A stretch of 64,000 nucleotides of DNA from a virus: IMG/VR virus record IMGVR_UViG_3300044999_000022, positions 1-64,000 of that record; one strand, given 5' to 3'. The notes beneath the pieces are model-generated. The model was not told the origin of the DNA and did no database searches. It worked only from the letters and a program-made list of their open reading frames with translations. Below, one piece after another: positions 44,995-53,627 of the stretch (position 1 is its first letter; each line of letters opens with the position of its first letter). The position numbers and the translations under genes were made by a program.

Positions 44995-45771
44995 CTAGCT
45001 GGCCAGGCCGGCCATGAACTGTACGTCGTACGCGACCTCGCGCGGGTCGCTGACGCCGGTCAGCGCGTCGACACCGACGTACTTGTTGCTGGCGGCGATC
45101 TGCTGCCAGTGCTGCACCGCGGAGTCGTGGCCGTGGCTGCTCTTCGACTCGTCGAACCCGATGACGGCGACGACGATCACGCAGCGCGGGCCGGCGTTCT
45201 GCTGGACCCACTGCTCGAGCTCGTCCTCATCGCTGACCTTGCCGTCATTGATGATGATGAGCTCGAGCGCGCGGTCGGGGTCGTTCGGGAACTCGGTGTC
45301 GAACGCGTGCTTGAGCCCCCTGATCGCCGGCATCAGGAACGTGCGGCCCCGCTGCTCGACCAACGAGCGGATCTGGGCCATCTTCTCGAGAGCGTTCGCC
45401 GAGTTGATGTCCCCGAGGTCACGCGGGTCTTCGCTCTCGTCCTCGCCGGGCGCGAACTCGATGGGGCTCGGCTCGTTGGCGGCGATGGTCCGGAGGCCGC
45501 CACGCTTCGAGCTCCCGCCGGACTGCTCCCTCGCCGCTTCGGCGTCATCACCCTCCACGACGGCGGCGATCAACGGGATGGCCAGCGTGAGCAGCTCGAC
45601 CTTGGTCATGGTGCCCTCGGGGTCGGCCATCTCCAGGTTCGATCCGCTCACGTCCACGACGAGCGCCGGCTCCTTCTTGAGCCGGGTCATCGGCCGCTCG
45701 AGCTGCTCCCGCGGGGTACGCTTGCCGGGGGTGCCGGTAACCGCGGTCTCCTCAATGGCTGTCATAGCCAT
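44995..45771 (-). CDS. von Willebrand factor A domain protein
   Basis: MIDAS VVDVSGS, GRT, IIINDG; strong GC3 codon bias; own promoter. Confidence 0.8.
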   Translation of the reverse strand: MAMTAIEETAVTGTPGKRTPREQLERPMTRLKKEPALVVDVSGSNLEMADPEGTMTKVELLTLAIPLIAAVVEGDDAEAAREQSGGSSKRGGLRTIAANEPSPIEFAPGEDESEDPRDLGDINSANALEKMAQIRSLVEQRGRTFLMPAIRGLKHAFDTEFPNDPDRALELIIINDGKVSDEDELEQWVQQNAGPRCVIVVAVIGFDESKSSHGHDSAVQHWQQIAASNKYVGVDALTGVSDPREVAYDVQFMAGLAS

Positions 45772-45814
45772 CCTTTCGTACGAGGCAAAACCCTATGTTT
45801 TGCCCTCTAGAATT

Positions 45815-45843
45815 ATTATATAGCCATATCCAAGAGAAATCTA
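45815..45843 (-). promoter_or_regulatory. Promoter TAGATT-N17-TATAAT for the vWA gene, with 5-prime UTR hairpin GGCAAAAC/GTTTTGCC
   Basis: Consensus -10 with 17-nt spacer. Confidence 0.7.
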
Positions 45844-45864
45844 GCCCGCCTTCTCGTGCTTTTT

Positions 45865-46464
45865 TCAGTAGTGGAGGTGCTTCGGAGCGCAGCCTCTGCG
45901 GACAACGCGGACGGGGATCTTGGCCTCCCTAGCTTCCTGCCACGTGTACTCGTCTACGTGCGGGAATACCCAAGTGGCCATGTCGCTCCGGATACAGGCC
46001 TCGATGAGACGCCGTGGCAGGTACGTAAAGTTGAACGTGAACATCGTAGGGTCGTCGATGTCGCTCTGCCATATCTTACGCGCTTCCTCATTGGACAGCG
46101 GCGGGTCCCGATCGGTAAGGACCTCTCGATGCCCCCAAACCCAGTAGTGATAAGCCGTGCTCGCCGGCCACAGGCGAACTGGCGCCGTCCAGACCACGTC
46201 TGGCTCTGTAGTCGCACTGATGATCATGGCGGAGTAGTCGAGCGGGTCGATAGCGCAGTCCGCATCGAGGATAAGCATCCCACTGCTCTGGACCCGGGCT
46301 GATACTTGCCAGATACGGGTCAGTAGCAATCCCTTCTGGCCGAAGGGGTGCTCTGCCGTAGGCATCACGTCAAAGGCGCGGAAGTTAGACGGTGTTGGCC
46401 CGCACTCCTTTCCCTGCCACCTGATACGCGCGTGTACTACGGACTCCAGTGCTGGCCCGTCCAT
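45865..46464 (-). CDS. Putative GT-A-fold glycosyltransferase-like protein
   Basis: MLILDAD DxD motif; FTFNFTYLPRRLI, HVD..W, V.V...KHLH C-terminal pattern; TAATG-coupled to polA. Confidence 0.6.
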   Translation of the reverse strand: MDGPALESVVHARIRWQGKECGPTPSNFRAFDVMPTAEHPFGQKGLLLTRIWQVSARVQSSGMLILDADCAIDPLDYSAMIISATTEPDVVWTAPVRLWPASTAYHYWVWGHREVLTDRDPPLSNEEARKIWQSDIDDPTMFTFNFTYLPRRLIEACIRSDMATWVFPHVDEYTWQEAREAKIPVRVVRRGCAPKHLHY

Positions 46465-49400
46465 TACGGCCTCCATAGCTCTACAGTTGTCGGATAGGGA
46501 CGCTTGCCGCCTTTCCAATCTTCGTAACTAACTAGGTCGCCCCAGTTCATACCGACGTCGGCGCCTACCTTGATCGGGACGTAGTCGCCCATTACGGAGT
46601 AGGCGGATTCCTGCATGGTTTCGACTACGGTTTTGACCACATAGTCCAGGTTATCACGGTGGAACTCCCAATAGAGAGCATCGTGAATAGTGTTACGGCA
46701 CCAGGCGGTCCCTTTGAGCTTGGGTCGTAGCCAGTTGAAGGCTTGGACACAAATGTCGCTGGCAATTGACTGTGGGTAGAAGGCGCAAGCCTCATTCTGG
46801 ATGTCCTTCCGGTTCTGGTCCGTGATCAGGTAGAACCGACGTCGTCGCCCGAACGGAGTGACGAGGTCTCTTCCAGATAGCGCCTGTATCTTTGCCTCCT
46901 CGCGAAATCGGACAATCCTTGGAATGACCTTGAAGAACGCCTGCAGGCCTCGCTGAGCCTCTGCAACAGGTAGGCCAAATTCATCAGCGATTGACTGAGC
47001 CTCTCGGCCGTAAGCGAGACCGTAGACATAACACTTGACGATATTTCGTCGGTCCTTCTTGGACATGATTCCGCGGTGGGATCGTTCGGGCTGGATGACT
47101 GGTTCGAGTTCATCAAATAGGTCCCTACTCGGGTCGGAGAAGATCTCTTGGAAGTATGGTTCTTGCGCGAGCCAGGTTAGTACCCGGAGCTCGATTTGTC
47201 CATAGTCGAACTCTCCCAAGAGGTGGTCAGGGTTAGCGACCTTATACTGGCGTCGTAGTTTATCGCCACGCGGAATGACCTGAAGCGACGGCCGTTTCTG
47301 AGAAGTTCGACCTGTAGTAGTGCTGTGGAGTTGGATGGTCGTATACACACGGCCATGGTCGAGGAATTTGTGCAGGCCAGATACGTACGTACCATCTAGC
47401 TTTGCTACCTTCCGGTGCAGGAGCATCGTCTCGAGGAACGTAACCGAGGGCCGCGCGGAGTGCGGGTCTACCTCGACCACTTCGGCACCTAGTTGGTTAG
47501 TACCGCCCTCATTGGACACGTAGCCTGCGAGACGTCTAGGGTCGATGGGCCGCCTCTTCTCGCGCTCGAGCATGATCTGCAAGGCTTCGGCGTCGGTAGT
47601 CTCGGCCATCTCACCCTTAGTGTTCCGCTTGCGTGGGATCTGGACGCCTAGCTGTCGGAGTGCGTCCTTGACCTGCATAGGCGATCGCGGATTGATTGCG
47701 CCAACCGTCCGATCCATGATGGCCTCGAGGCGGTCGAGCTCTGCTCGATACTCGCGCTGGAGTTCACGGTTGTACTTGAGGTCGACCGCGAACCCATTGT
47801 ATTCCGTGAACATGAAGTTTTCCGCTGCAGCGCATAGGAAGTCATGGAGCTGCTCCAGCCCCCACTTCTGACCGTCAGCGCGAGGCAGTACGGGTTCGAT
47901 ATAATTATCGTTCCGGATAAGCTGCATGTTGTACTCGTCCAAGGCAAACGTGGCTGCGACATCCCATGCGTTGTACTTGTACAGGATCGGCTTTGGGATC
48001 GTTCCGTACCGACGTTGCTTGCCTCGTCCGAGGTATTGCTCAATCTCCTCATCCCATCTCGGACAGCCTAGCTTCTCGACGCCCTGGTGCTTCAGTCCGT
48101 GTATCCCCGGACGTTCGTCTTGTACGTAGGACTGGTACATTGTATCATGCCAGACATGTAGGCCGCGGATGCCTTTAGCATAGAGTCCTGCGGTATCGAA
48201 CTTGCCGTTTTGAAATATGAGCTCCATTCCGTCTCCGGATAGATACTCTGCCAGAGCCCCACGGACAGACTTATAGCGGCAGGCTTTCTGCCCAAACACG
48301 ATAGCATGGCGGCGTGACCAAGCCATTCCAATACATAGAATCTTATACTTATTGGGGTGATCAAACGTCGAGTTGTGTGTGAGGAGTCCATTAGCGATCA
48401 GCGTTCCTGTCGAGGTCTTGAGGGAAACGACTTCTCGTTCTCCTACTGGAGTGATCGATAGTATACGTGCTTTGTCATAGTTGAGGCGCTTATGCCAAAC
48501 CCGTTCGGCCTGACGCAATAGCCTCTCGGGGCGGAAAGTGCCTAGAGTGCGAAGGATGTCCCACCGCGCCCCGATTGACCAGGACTCATGAGGATTGCCG
48601 CTAAGTCTGTTAAGACCTCGATAATGGTTGCCTAGATCATGCGCCTTCAATATCTGGGCGACCTTATCCGCGACCGGACCGACGTTCTGTGAGAACTCCA
48701 GCATCGGATGATTGCTGGCAGGGTTCGATAGGCAGCCCTCGCTGTCTAGAAAGCCCGCCATATAGCCGCCGTCGCGAGTTTCGTTAACCTCCCAAGGCTC
48801 CGACGTAAAAGGTATGAAGTATTCAGGTCGAGGTAGTGCTTGCTGGCCCCAGCAGCGACTGTTCGGATTTGCAAAGCGGGCTGCGAGGTCTTCTGTAGTG
48901 CCCCAGCGCCACTTTGTATCAACGCCCCGCGGACCGCGCGTCTTATAAGGCCAACGATGCAGCCCGCTGCAGACAACGCTCCCACGGTCGGTCTGCACGC
49001 GGTAGCATTGACGCGTAATGCGTCCGACGGACTCGACGATCGCGGGGCTCATCGTAGTGATCGGATCCGCACTAAACCCGACTAGCTCATCCCCTACCTC
49101 GAGGCCGCCGGCATCGGTCCAGGTTAGGTCCCGCCTGAGCACTTTCGTCTCTGGAACGAGGCATTCCTTGTCCAGGTCGGTCTCGATGTCGACCGTTAGT
49201 CTCTTGAAGTGCTTCTTCATGTAGGCTATCGCGGTCAGGGCAGCCTTCTCGGTATTCCAGACCGTATAGTACGGCGCTTCCCACTTGGGAGGCTTAGTAA
49301 CGAGTTTGCCGATGTCGGTCGCCATAGACGGGAACGACGACGCCGAGCGCAGGCAAGCGGCAGGATGGAACGTCGGGATGATCCGTACCCCAGGCAGCTC

Positions 49401-49865
49401 GAACTCGTTCTCACGATACGGACCGACGCGGAGGTTGGAAATTACGACCTTCGTCCGCAGGATGCTCTGAGCCGGCACGTTGCCCAAGGCTACGATATCC
49501 CTAACGCCTCGGTCCTTGAGTTCGGCCATTAGTCGCGGCCTGCACGCTGCGACTGCGGCAGCTGGTGGCTTGATATTCTCCCTCTTGTGGACGCATAGGC
49601 AGGCGTTTGTGATAAACGCCTTACTACGATCGATGTGGTAGTACTGCAGTACCTTGTCCAGCAACCTACCAGATGCGCCGATAAACGGCTTGCCCAGCCG
49701 GATCTCGTTCTGACCCGGGTTCTGGCCCACAAAGGCAATGTCAGCCTTTACCGGACCGTATGAAGGGACGAAACCGTAATCGGGTCCATTAAGCGGGCAG
49801 CGCTCACAGACCGCTAGGGGATGCCGGCGCTGAATCCCGGCATCCCCTTCGATAACTTCAGTCAT
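46464..49865 (-). CDS. polA: DNA polymerase I (family A) with N-terminal family-4 uracil-DNA glycosylase domain and an intein
   Basis: UDG: CERCPL, FVGQNPG, TFHPAA; Exo: VDIET, QNGKFD, YNAWD; Pol: TTTGRTS, DYGQIELR, KCYVYGLAYG, TIHD. Confidence 0.93.
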   Translation of the reverse strand: MTEVIEGDAGIQRRHPLAVCERCPLNGPDYGFVPSYGPVKADIAFVGQNPGQNEIRLGKPFIGASGRLLDKVLQYYHIDRSKAFITNACLCVHKRENIKPPAAAVAACRPRLMAELKDRGVRDIVALGNVPAQSILRTKVVISNLRVGPYRENEFELPGVRIIPTFHPAACLRSASSFPSMATDIGKLVTKPPKWEAPYYTVWNTEKAALTAIAYMKKHFKRLTVDIETDLDKECLVPETKVLRRDLTWTDAGGLEVGDELVGFSADPITTMSPAIVESVGRITRQCYRVQTDRGSVVCSGLHRWPYKTRGPRGVDTKWRWGTTEDLAARFANPNSRCWGQQALPRPEYFIPFTSEPWEVNETRDGGYMAGFLDSEGCLSNPASNHPMLEFSQNVGPVADKVAQILKAHDLGNHYRGLNRLSGNPHESWSIGARWDILRTLGTFRPERLLRQAERVWHKRLNYDKARILSITPVGEREVVSLKTSTGTLIANGLLTHNSTFDHPNKYKILCIGMAWSRRHAIVFGQKACRYKSVRGALAEYLSGDGMELIFQNGKFDTAGLYAKGIRGLHVWHDTMYQSYVQDERPGIHGLKHQGVEKLGCPRWDEEIEQYLGRGKQRRYGTIPKPILYKYNAWDVAATFALDEYNMQLIRNDNYIEPVLPRADGQKWGLEQLHDFLCAAAENFMFTEYNGFAVDLKYNRELQREYRAELDRLEAIMDRTVGAINPRSPMQVKDALRQLGVQIPRKRNTKGEMAETTDAEALQIMLEREKRRPIDPRRLAGYVSNEGGTNQLGAEVVEVDPHSARPSVTFLETMLLHRKVAKLDGTYVSGLHKFLDHGRVYTTIQLHSTTTGRTSQKRPSLQVIPRGDKLRRQYKVANPDHLLGEFDYGQIELRVLTWLAQEPYFQEIFSDPSRDLFDELEPVIQPERSHRGIMSKKDRRNIVKCYVYGLAYGREAQSIADEFGLPVAEAQRGLQAFFKVIPRIVRFREEAKIQALSGRDLVTPFGRRRRFYLITDQNRKDIQNEACAFYPQSIASDICVQAFNWLRPKLKGTAWCRNTIHDALYWEFHRDNLDYVVKTVVETMQESAYSVMGDYVPIKVGADVGMNWGDLVSYEDWKGGKRPYPTTVELWRP
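48372..49163 (-). mobile_element. Intein with LAGLIDADG homing endonuclease (264 aa) in the polA exonuclease domain
   Basis: Begins CLVPETKV, block B CSGLHRW, YMAGFLDSEGC, ends LLTHN followed by Ser +1. Confidence 0.9.
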
Positions 49866-49921
49866 TCAGGCTCCTCGTGCGCGGCGTGGGAGCTCTTGGC
49901 CACACCCTCAGCGGCGGTCAT
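49862..49921 (-). CDS. 19-aa coupling mini-ORF (MTAAEGVAKSSHAAHEEPE)
   Basis: ATGA overlaps at both ends linking 49918..50118 to polA. Confidence 0.45.
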   Translation of the reverse strand: MTAAEGVAKSSHAAHEEPE

Positions 49922-50118
49922 GCGAGGTCCACCGGAGCCGCATCGGTCGCGACGCGCTCTGTGGGCGCGTGAAAGAACCACTCCCAGCCGACGCTCGCGG
50001 TCTTGTTGGGACTGATGTCGCCGCGGATAATGACGACGAAGCTACCAGGTAGCTGCTGCTGACCAACGATCTTTGCGGCCTCGCGCGCAATGGGCTCTAG
50101 TTCCTCGGCGATGTTCAT
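49918..50118 (-). CDS. Hypothetical protein
   Basis: AAGGAG RBS; ATGA coupling. Confidence 0.55.
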   Translation of the reverse strand: MNIAEELEPIAREAAKIVGQQQLPGSFVVIIRGDISPNKTASVGWEWFFHAPTERVATDAAPVDLA

Positions 50119-50258
50119 TCCGTCAGCTCCTTGATTGTGAAAAACTGGGCGGCGATCGGGATGGCCCAGTGCTGCTGGGCGTTTGGATTGAGGTCGATCG
50201 TGTACCCGTCGATCGGTTCGCTACGTTCGTCGCAGAACGTAATCAGTATCCGAGTCAA
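50115..50258 (-). CDS. Small hypothetical protein (MTRILITFCDE...)
   Basis: TTGA overlap with upstream stop. Confidence 0.5.
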   Translation of the reverse strand: MTRILITFCDERSEPIDGYTIDLNPNAQQHWAIPIAAQFFTIKELTE

Positions 50259-50740
50259 TCCGTCCACTTCCTTGTGTCCGGGATGGGGCCTGAGACGGGC
50301 CTGGAGTGCTGCTCGTCGGCGGAGGGGCGCCCCGGCATTGACTTGTTCGCTCCTCCGATGACGGCGGCCTCCCAACCGATGGCTCCGTAACCGGCAGTGT
50401 CGAGCCAGTTGTCGCGAACTTGTGGAGCGCCCACGTTGCGCGCCTGCTTGAGGGCGATCTCGATGATCGCGTTGTCGAACGGCTCCAGCATCCTGCCGTC
50501 CGGGCCGCGATAGCCGAGTGCGTTGAGCTGATCGGTATGCCGCTTCATGACCTCGTATGGCTCACCATACTGGCCGTTGCGATCAGTACACGTAGCTGCG
50601 ATCGCTCCATTGAGTAGTTCTTCTCGAGGAAGGCCTACAGGCTTTTCGACCCGTTCGACCCGTTCAGCAGCGCCCCCGCCGCCGGCGCCGACGGTCGGGT
50701 AACCGGGTCCGCCTTGATATACTACTCGTTCGTTCGCCAT
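50255..50740 (-). CDS. DUF6378-like nucleotide-modification-associated protein
   Basis: DRNGQYGEP, LKQAR, RDNWLDTAGY motifs. Confidence 0.75.
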   Translation of the reverse strand: MANERVVYQGGPGYPTVGAGGGGAAERVERVEKPVGLPREELLNGAIAATCTDRNGQYGEPYEVMKRHTDQLNALGYRGPDGRMLEPFDNAIIEIALKQARNVGAPQVRDNWLDTAGYGAIGWEAAVIGGANKSMPGRPSADEQHSRPVSGPIPDTRKWTD

Positions 50741-51567
50741 GGTCCACCTGCTAGCTCGTCTAGGAATTCGATGTTGTGTTCGATGAGTTGGCGCGTCTCG
50801 GTGCTGTACTCGTAGGGCGTGGTCTGGAAGAAGTTCGCCGGCCGAGGTACGCCTTGGGAACCTAGCAGGTCATGGCCTGCTAGCGCTGCAGTAAAGGGAG
50901 CTGCCGTATCCATACTGCGCACTAGGCCTTGACAGGCCGCCAGCTCTCCCGGCCAGTCATCATTATACCCGAGCAGGTGGATGTCGAACGCCGGACCGAA
51001 CTCGTTCTTGGTCCAGCTTGCGAGGTCGTACCTAGCCATCGTGTCACCGACCGTCCTGGAGAATGCCCGGCCGATCGCGATGGTGCTAACTCGAGTGTCC
51101 GGACGCACGACAGCCATGGCCGCGATGTTTGTAACGAAGGCACGAGCTTCCTCAACTGTCTTGCCGTGGGCGACTGCGGCGATCCTGATAACTGGCGGCG
51201 GTACCGCTCGGCGTCCCTGATAGAACGCCAACCGCTTCGTCTGGTACAGCGACAGGAAGAGATCGACCATTTCGAGCGTGATGACCGGGTTGTCGAGGAC
51301 GTCCGGCGCGATGACCTCTGTAGCGTGGTACCGCTCGGCTAGGTCGACCAGGGAGTTCCCAGAGACCGATTCGGCCTCCCACGCGCCGTTGTCGAGAAGG
51401 CGGATCTCGGGAGTGAGATTCACCGTACGTGACTGGCTGTAGTACTTCCGGTAGTCCGCCTGCTGGCCGTCGCGTAGGCAGCCTGCAAGCATCATCTGGT
51501 ATGGACGGCCACTGCAGTACCTACTCGCGAGGCAGCCGGGAGCTATGAGCGCAACCTGAATAGGCAT
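50722..51567 (-). CDS. TGT/DpdA-like deazaguanine DNA transglycosylase
   Basis: TIM-barrel motifs LLDNGAWE, IAPDVL, AVAHG, IHLLG, VRSMDT; clustered with folE and queD. Confidence 0.75.
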   Translation of the reverse strand: MPIQVALIAPGCLASRYCSGRPYQMMLAGCLRDGQQADYRKYYSQSRTVNLTPEIRLLDNGAWEAESVSGNSLVDLAERYHATEVIAPDVLDNPVITLEMVDLFLSLYQTKRLAFYQGRRAVPPPVIRIAAVAHGKTVEEARAFVTNIAAMAVVRPDTRVSTIAIGRAFSRTVGDTMARYDLASWTKNEFGPAFDIHLLGYNDDWPGELAACQGLVRSMDTAAPFTAALAGHDLLGSQGVPRPANFFQTTPYEYSTETRQLIEHNIEFLDELAGGPWRTNE

Positions 51568-51962
51568 AACAGAGTCGACGCCCACGTGACTGCGACGTTT
51601 GCGAGCTGCAGCAGCTCGTGCCGAAGGTTTACGCGGTCCTTGTCGTAGGTTAGACACTCGCCGACCTCACCGAACTCCTCCACGGCTGCTGCGAGACGAC
51701 CGAAGTCGTCTATCTCGTTACCGTCGATTGACTTCTCGCCGTGCTTCCTCCGCATGAACTCGTGCTCGGCTCGCAGGTCGGCGTATGCGCTCTCGAGCGC
51801 GAGGTTAACGTGCTTCCTTCGGGGCAGCTCTTTAAGCGCTACTCGCTTGAGCTCTTCCCACTCGTCATTGGTAAGCACTAGTGTCGGGCCGCCGAGAACG
51901 GCTGTCAGAATGGACACGTGTCCACGCTCGTCGTGCCGTATGGACACTTCAGGCGTACTCAC
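51543..51962 (-). CDS. MazG-like nucleotide pyrophosphohydrolase
   Basis: EEFGEV and LRHELLQLANVA motifs. Confidence 0.8.
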   Translation of the reverse strand: MSTPEVSIRHDERGHVSILTAVLGGPTLVLTNDEWEELKRVALKELPRRKHVNLALESAYADLRAEHEFMRRKHGEKSIDGNEIDDFGRLAAAVEEFGEVGECLTYDKDRVNLRHELLQLANVAVTWASTLLCLFRLRS

Positions 51963-52567
51963 ACGCCACCTCCTAGCAAGTTAAACAATTCGGTCTTGCA
52001 ACCGTTGACATCGGCCTGGAAGATGCCGCGCATGGCGGACGTGATTGTTTCCGTACCATACGCTAGCGCTCCGCGTATCGTCATGCAGCTATGCTGTGCC
52101 TTCATGACGACTGCGACTCCCTTGGGATCTAGAATGTCGTTCAGGGTATCGGCGATTGCGGACGTCAGTTCCTCCTGGTTTGTCAGCATTTTCGCTGAGG
52201 ACTGGACTTGCCGAGCGAGTTTCGACAGGCCGGCGATGCGCCCGTCAGGGATGTACCCTATATGACACACCCCGCTAAACGGCGCGATGTGGTGGGCACA
52301 CAGACTCGTGAACAGGATGTTCTTCTCAACAACCAACTCCTTGGAGTCTGACGTAAATGTTGTGAAGGTCCACTTCTCTTGTCCATTGGTCAGTTCCCTG
52401 ACCATATCAACGAATCGCCGCGGTGTGTCTACCATGTGAGGACTGGTCGGGTCGTATGCCTCGCCGCAGACCTTCTGCAGGAACATGTCGATAAGCACCT
52501 CAGGAGATGCTTCCCGGACTCCGAGACGCCATGGCTGCGCATTCGGGTGCTGAAAAGTATCAGTCAC
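51959..52567 (-). CDS. folE: GTP cyclohydrolase I
   Basis: DTPRR, SLCAHHIAPF.G, GLSKLAR, QE.LT, HSCMTIRG; GTG start with GGAGG RBS. Confidence 0.93.
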   Translation of the reverse strand: MTDTFQHPNAQPWRLGVREASPEVLIDMFLQKVCGEAYDPTSPHMVDTPRRFVDMVRELTNGQEKWTFTTFTSDSKELVVEKNILFTSLCAHHIAPFSGVCHIGYIPDGRIAGLSKLARQVQSSAKMLTNQEELTSAIADTLNDILDPKGVAVVMKAQHSCMTIRGALAYGTETITSAMRGIFQADVNGCKTELFNLLGGGV

Positions 52568-52908
52568 CTCATCGCCTCCATAACGTCTCCGACGTCGTGA
52601 GGGCCCTCGTTTACTACGCCGTACGGCGGGATGCCTGGAGTAGCCCACGCCTTCTTCCAGTTGTGCGCATCGGCATCTTGCCACCTCAAACGCGCCTGCT
52701 GGGCCTGCGACGACTGAACGACCTCGCGACTGAGGGCATACAGTCCCGCTGCCCGAATCGCCTTCGCGCGGCTTCGTGACCTGCGCCGACCGAGTGCCTC
52801 CTTCAGGTACGCTCGGTCGATCTCGGTCGGGCGCGCTGCGACAGCGCCTGCTCGCAGCTGGCGCTGGCGTCGTACGTTCTCTGCGCTCGATAGTCCGGCT
52901 TTTTTCAC
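52564..52908 (-). CDS. Basic hypothetical protein inside the deazaguanine cluster
   Basis: GTGA coupling on both sides; Arg/Ala-rich. Confidence 0.55.
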   Translation of the reverse strand: MKKAGLSSAENVRRQRQLRAGAVAARPTEIDRAYLKEALGRRRSRSRAKAIRAAGLYALSREVVQSSQAQQARLRWQDADAHNWKKAWATPGIPPYGVVNEGPHDVGDVMEAMR

Positions 52909-53414
52909 GGTATCACAGGGTCCTTCTTGATGACGATTATGTCCTTGAGAATGGAATGGATCGCGATGTACATCCGCCGGCGGGCTTCGCTTGTGGGGGG
53001 CTCTTCTGCCAGGTCCTCCAAGGTAGCCATAACGCGATCGGAAACCGGAAGGTTTCCAGGCATCCACCATGCCCAGGTCTTCGGCGTCTCGCTAACTCCG
53101 ACCGCAGTGACCTCTGGGTACATGTTGACGGCGACCTCATAGATCGCGTGCGCCATGTTCTCTGCTGTCGGATTGCCAACGAACTGCTCTAGCTCGTTGA
53201 TCAGCTCGTGGTCGAAGTTGAGATCTAGCCACTTCTTGAACTTGTCCAGCTCGCGGTAGTCCCGAACGAAGCCGACCTTGTTGAGGCCTTGTGATTCCAG
53301 GACGAGGCGTACGGTATAATTATGGCCGTGCATACGGCTACATGGGTGGTCGTCCGGCAGTCCGTTTAGCTGATGGGCCGCGCTGAAGGTGAACTCTTTC
53401 TCTATACGATACAC
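52905..53414 (-). CDS. queD: 6-carboxy-5,6,7,8-tetrahydropterin synthase with C-terminal extension
   Basis: FSAAHQL, CSRMHGHNY, FDH, NPTAENMA, VSETP; AGGAG RBS before GTG 53414. Confidence 0.92.
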   Translation of the reverse strand: MYRIEKEFTFSAAHQLNGLPDDHPCSRMHGHNYTVRLVLESQGLNKVGFVRDYRELDKFKKWLDLNFDHELINELEQFVGNPTAENMAHAIYEVAVNMYPEVTAVGVSETPKTWAWWMPGNLPVSDRVMATLEDLAEEPPTSEARRRMYIAIHSILKDIIVIKKDPVIP

Positions 53415-53429
53415 GTAATGACTCCTAAA

Positions 53430-53615
53430 GTGAAGGCGGCAAGCGGGACCAGTCGCTCTCTGCTGGCAAACCCCTACCCTGCGCGCGGCCGCTCTCCAGT
53501 TACAACAGGACGTAAACTCCCGCTGACCGTGGGGGCGGCATCTGACAGGTACCGGTTTCGCCCGCTTCTTGCAGCGGTACGGTACTCTTGCTCTTACCTG
53601 CGACTTGGCCTTCAC
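53430..53615 (-). ncRNA. Candidate ~186-nt structured RNA between ssb and queD
   Basis: Closing helix GTGAAGGC/GCCTTCAC, nested AGTCGC/GCGACT, CAGGTA/TACCTG, GCCGC/GCGGC, CAGCGGGA/TCCTGTTG, possible pseudoknot AAGCGGG/CCCGCTT. Confidence 0.6.
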
Positions 53616-53627
53616 GACTAGATAGGG

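Noticed and set aside
53415-53615. N-terminal 67-aa extension of QueD given by the ORF track
   Set aside because: A good RBS and GTG occur at 53414 where QueD homology starts; the extension looks non-protein-like and is better explained as structured RNA.
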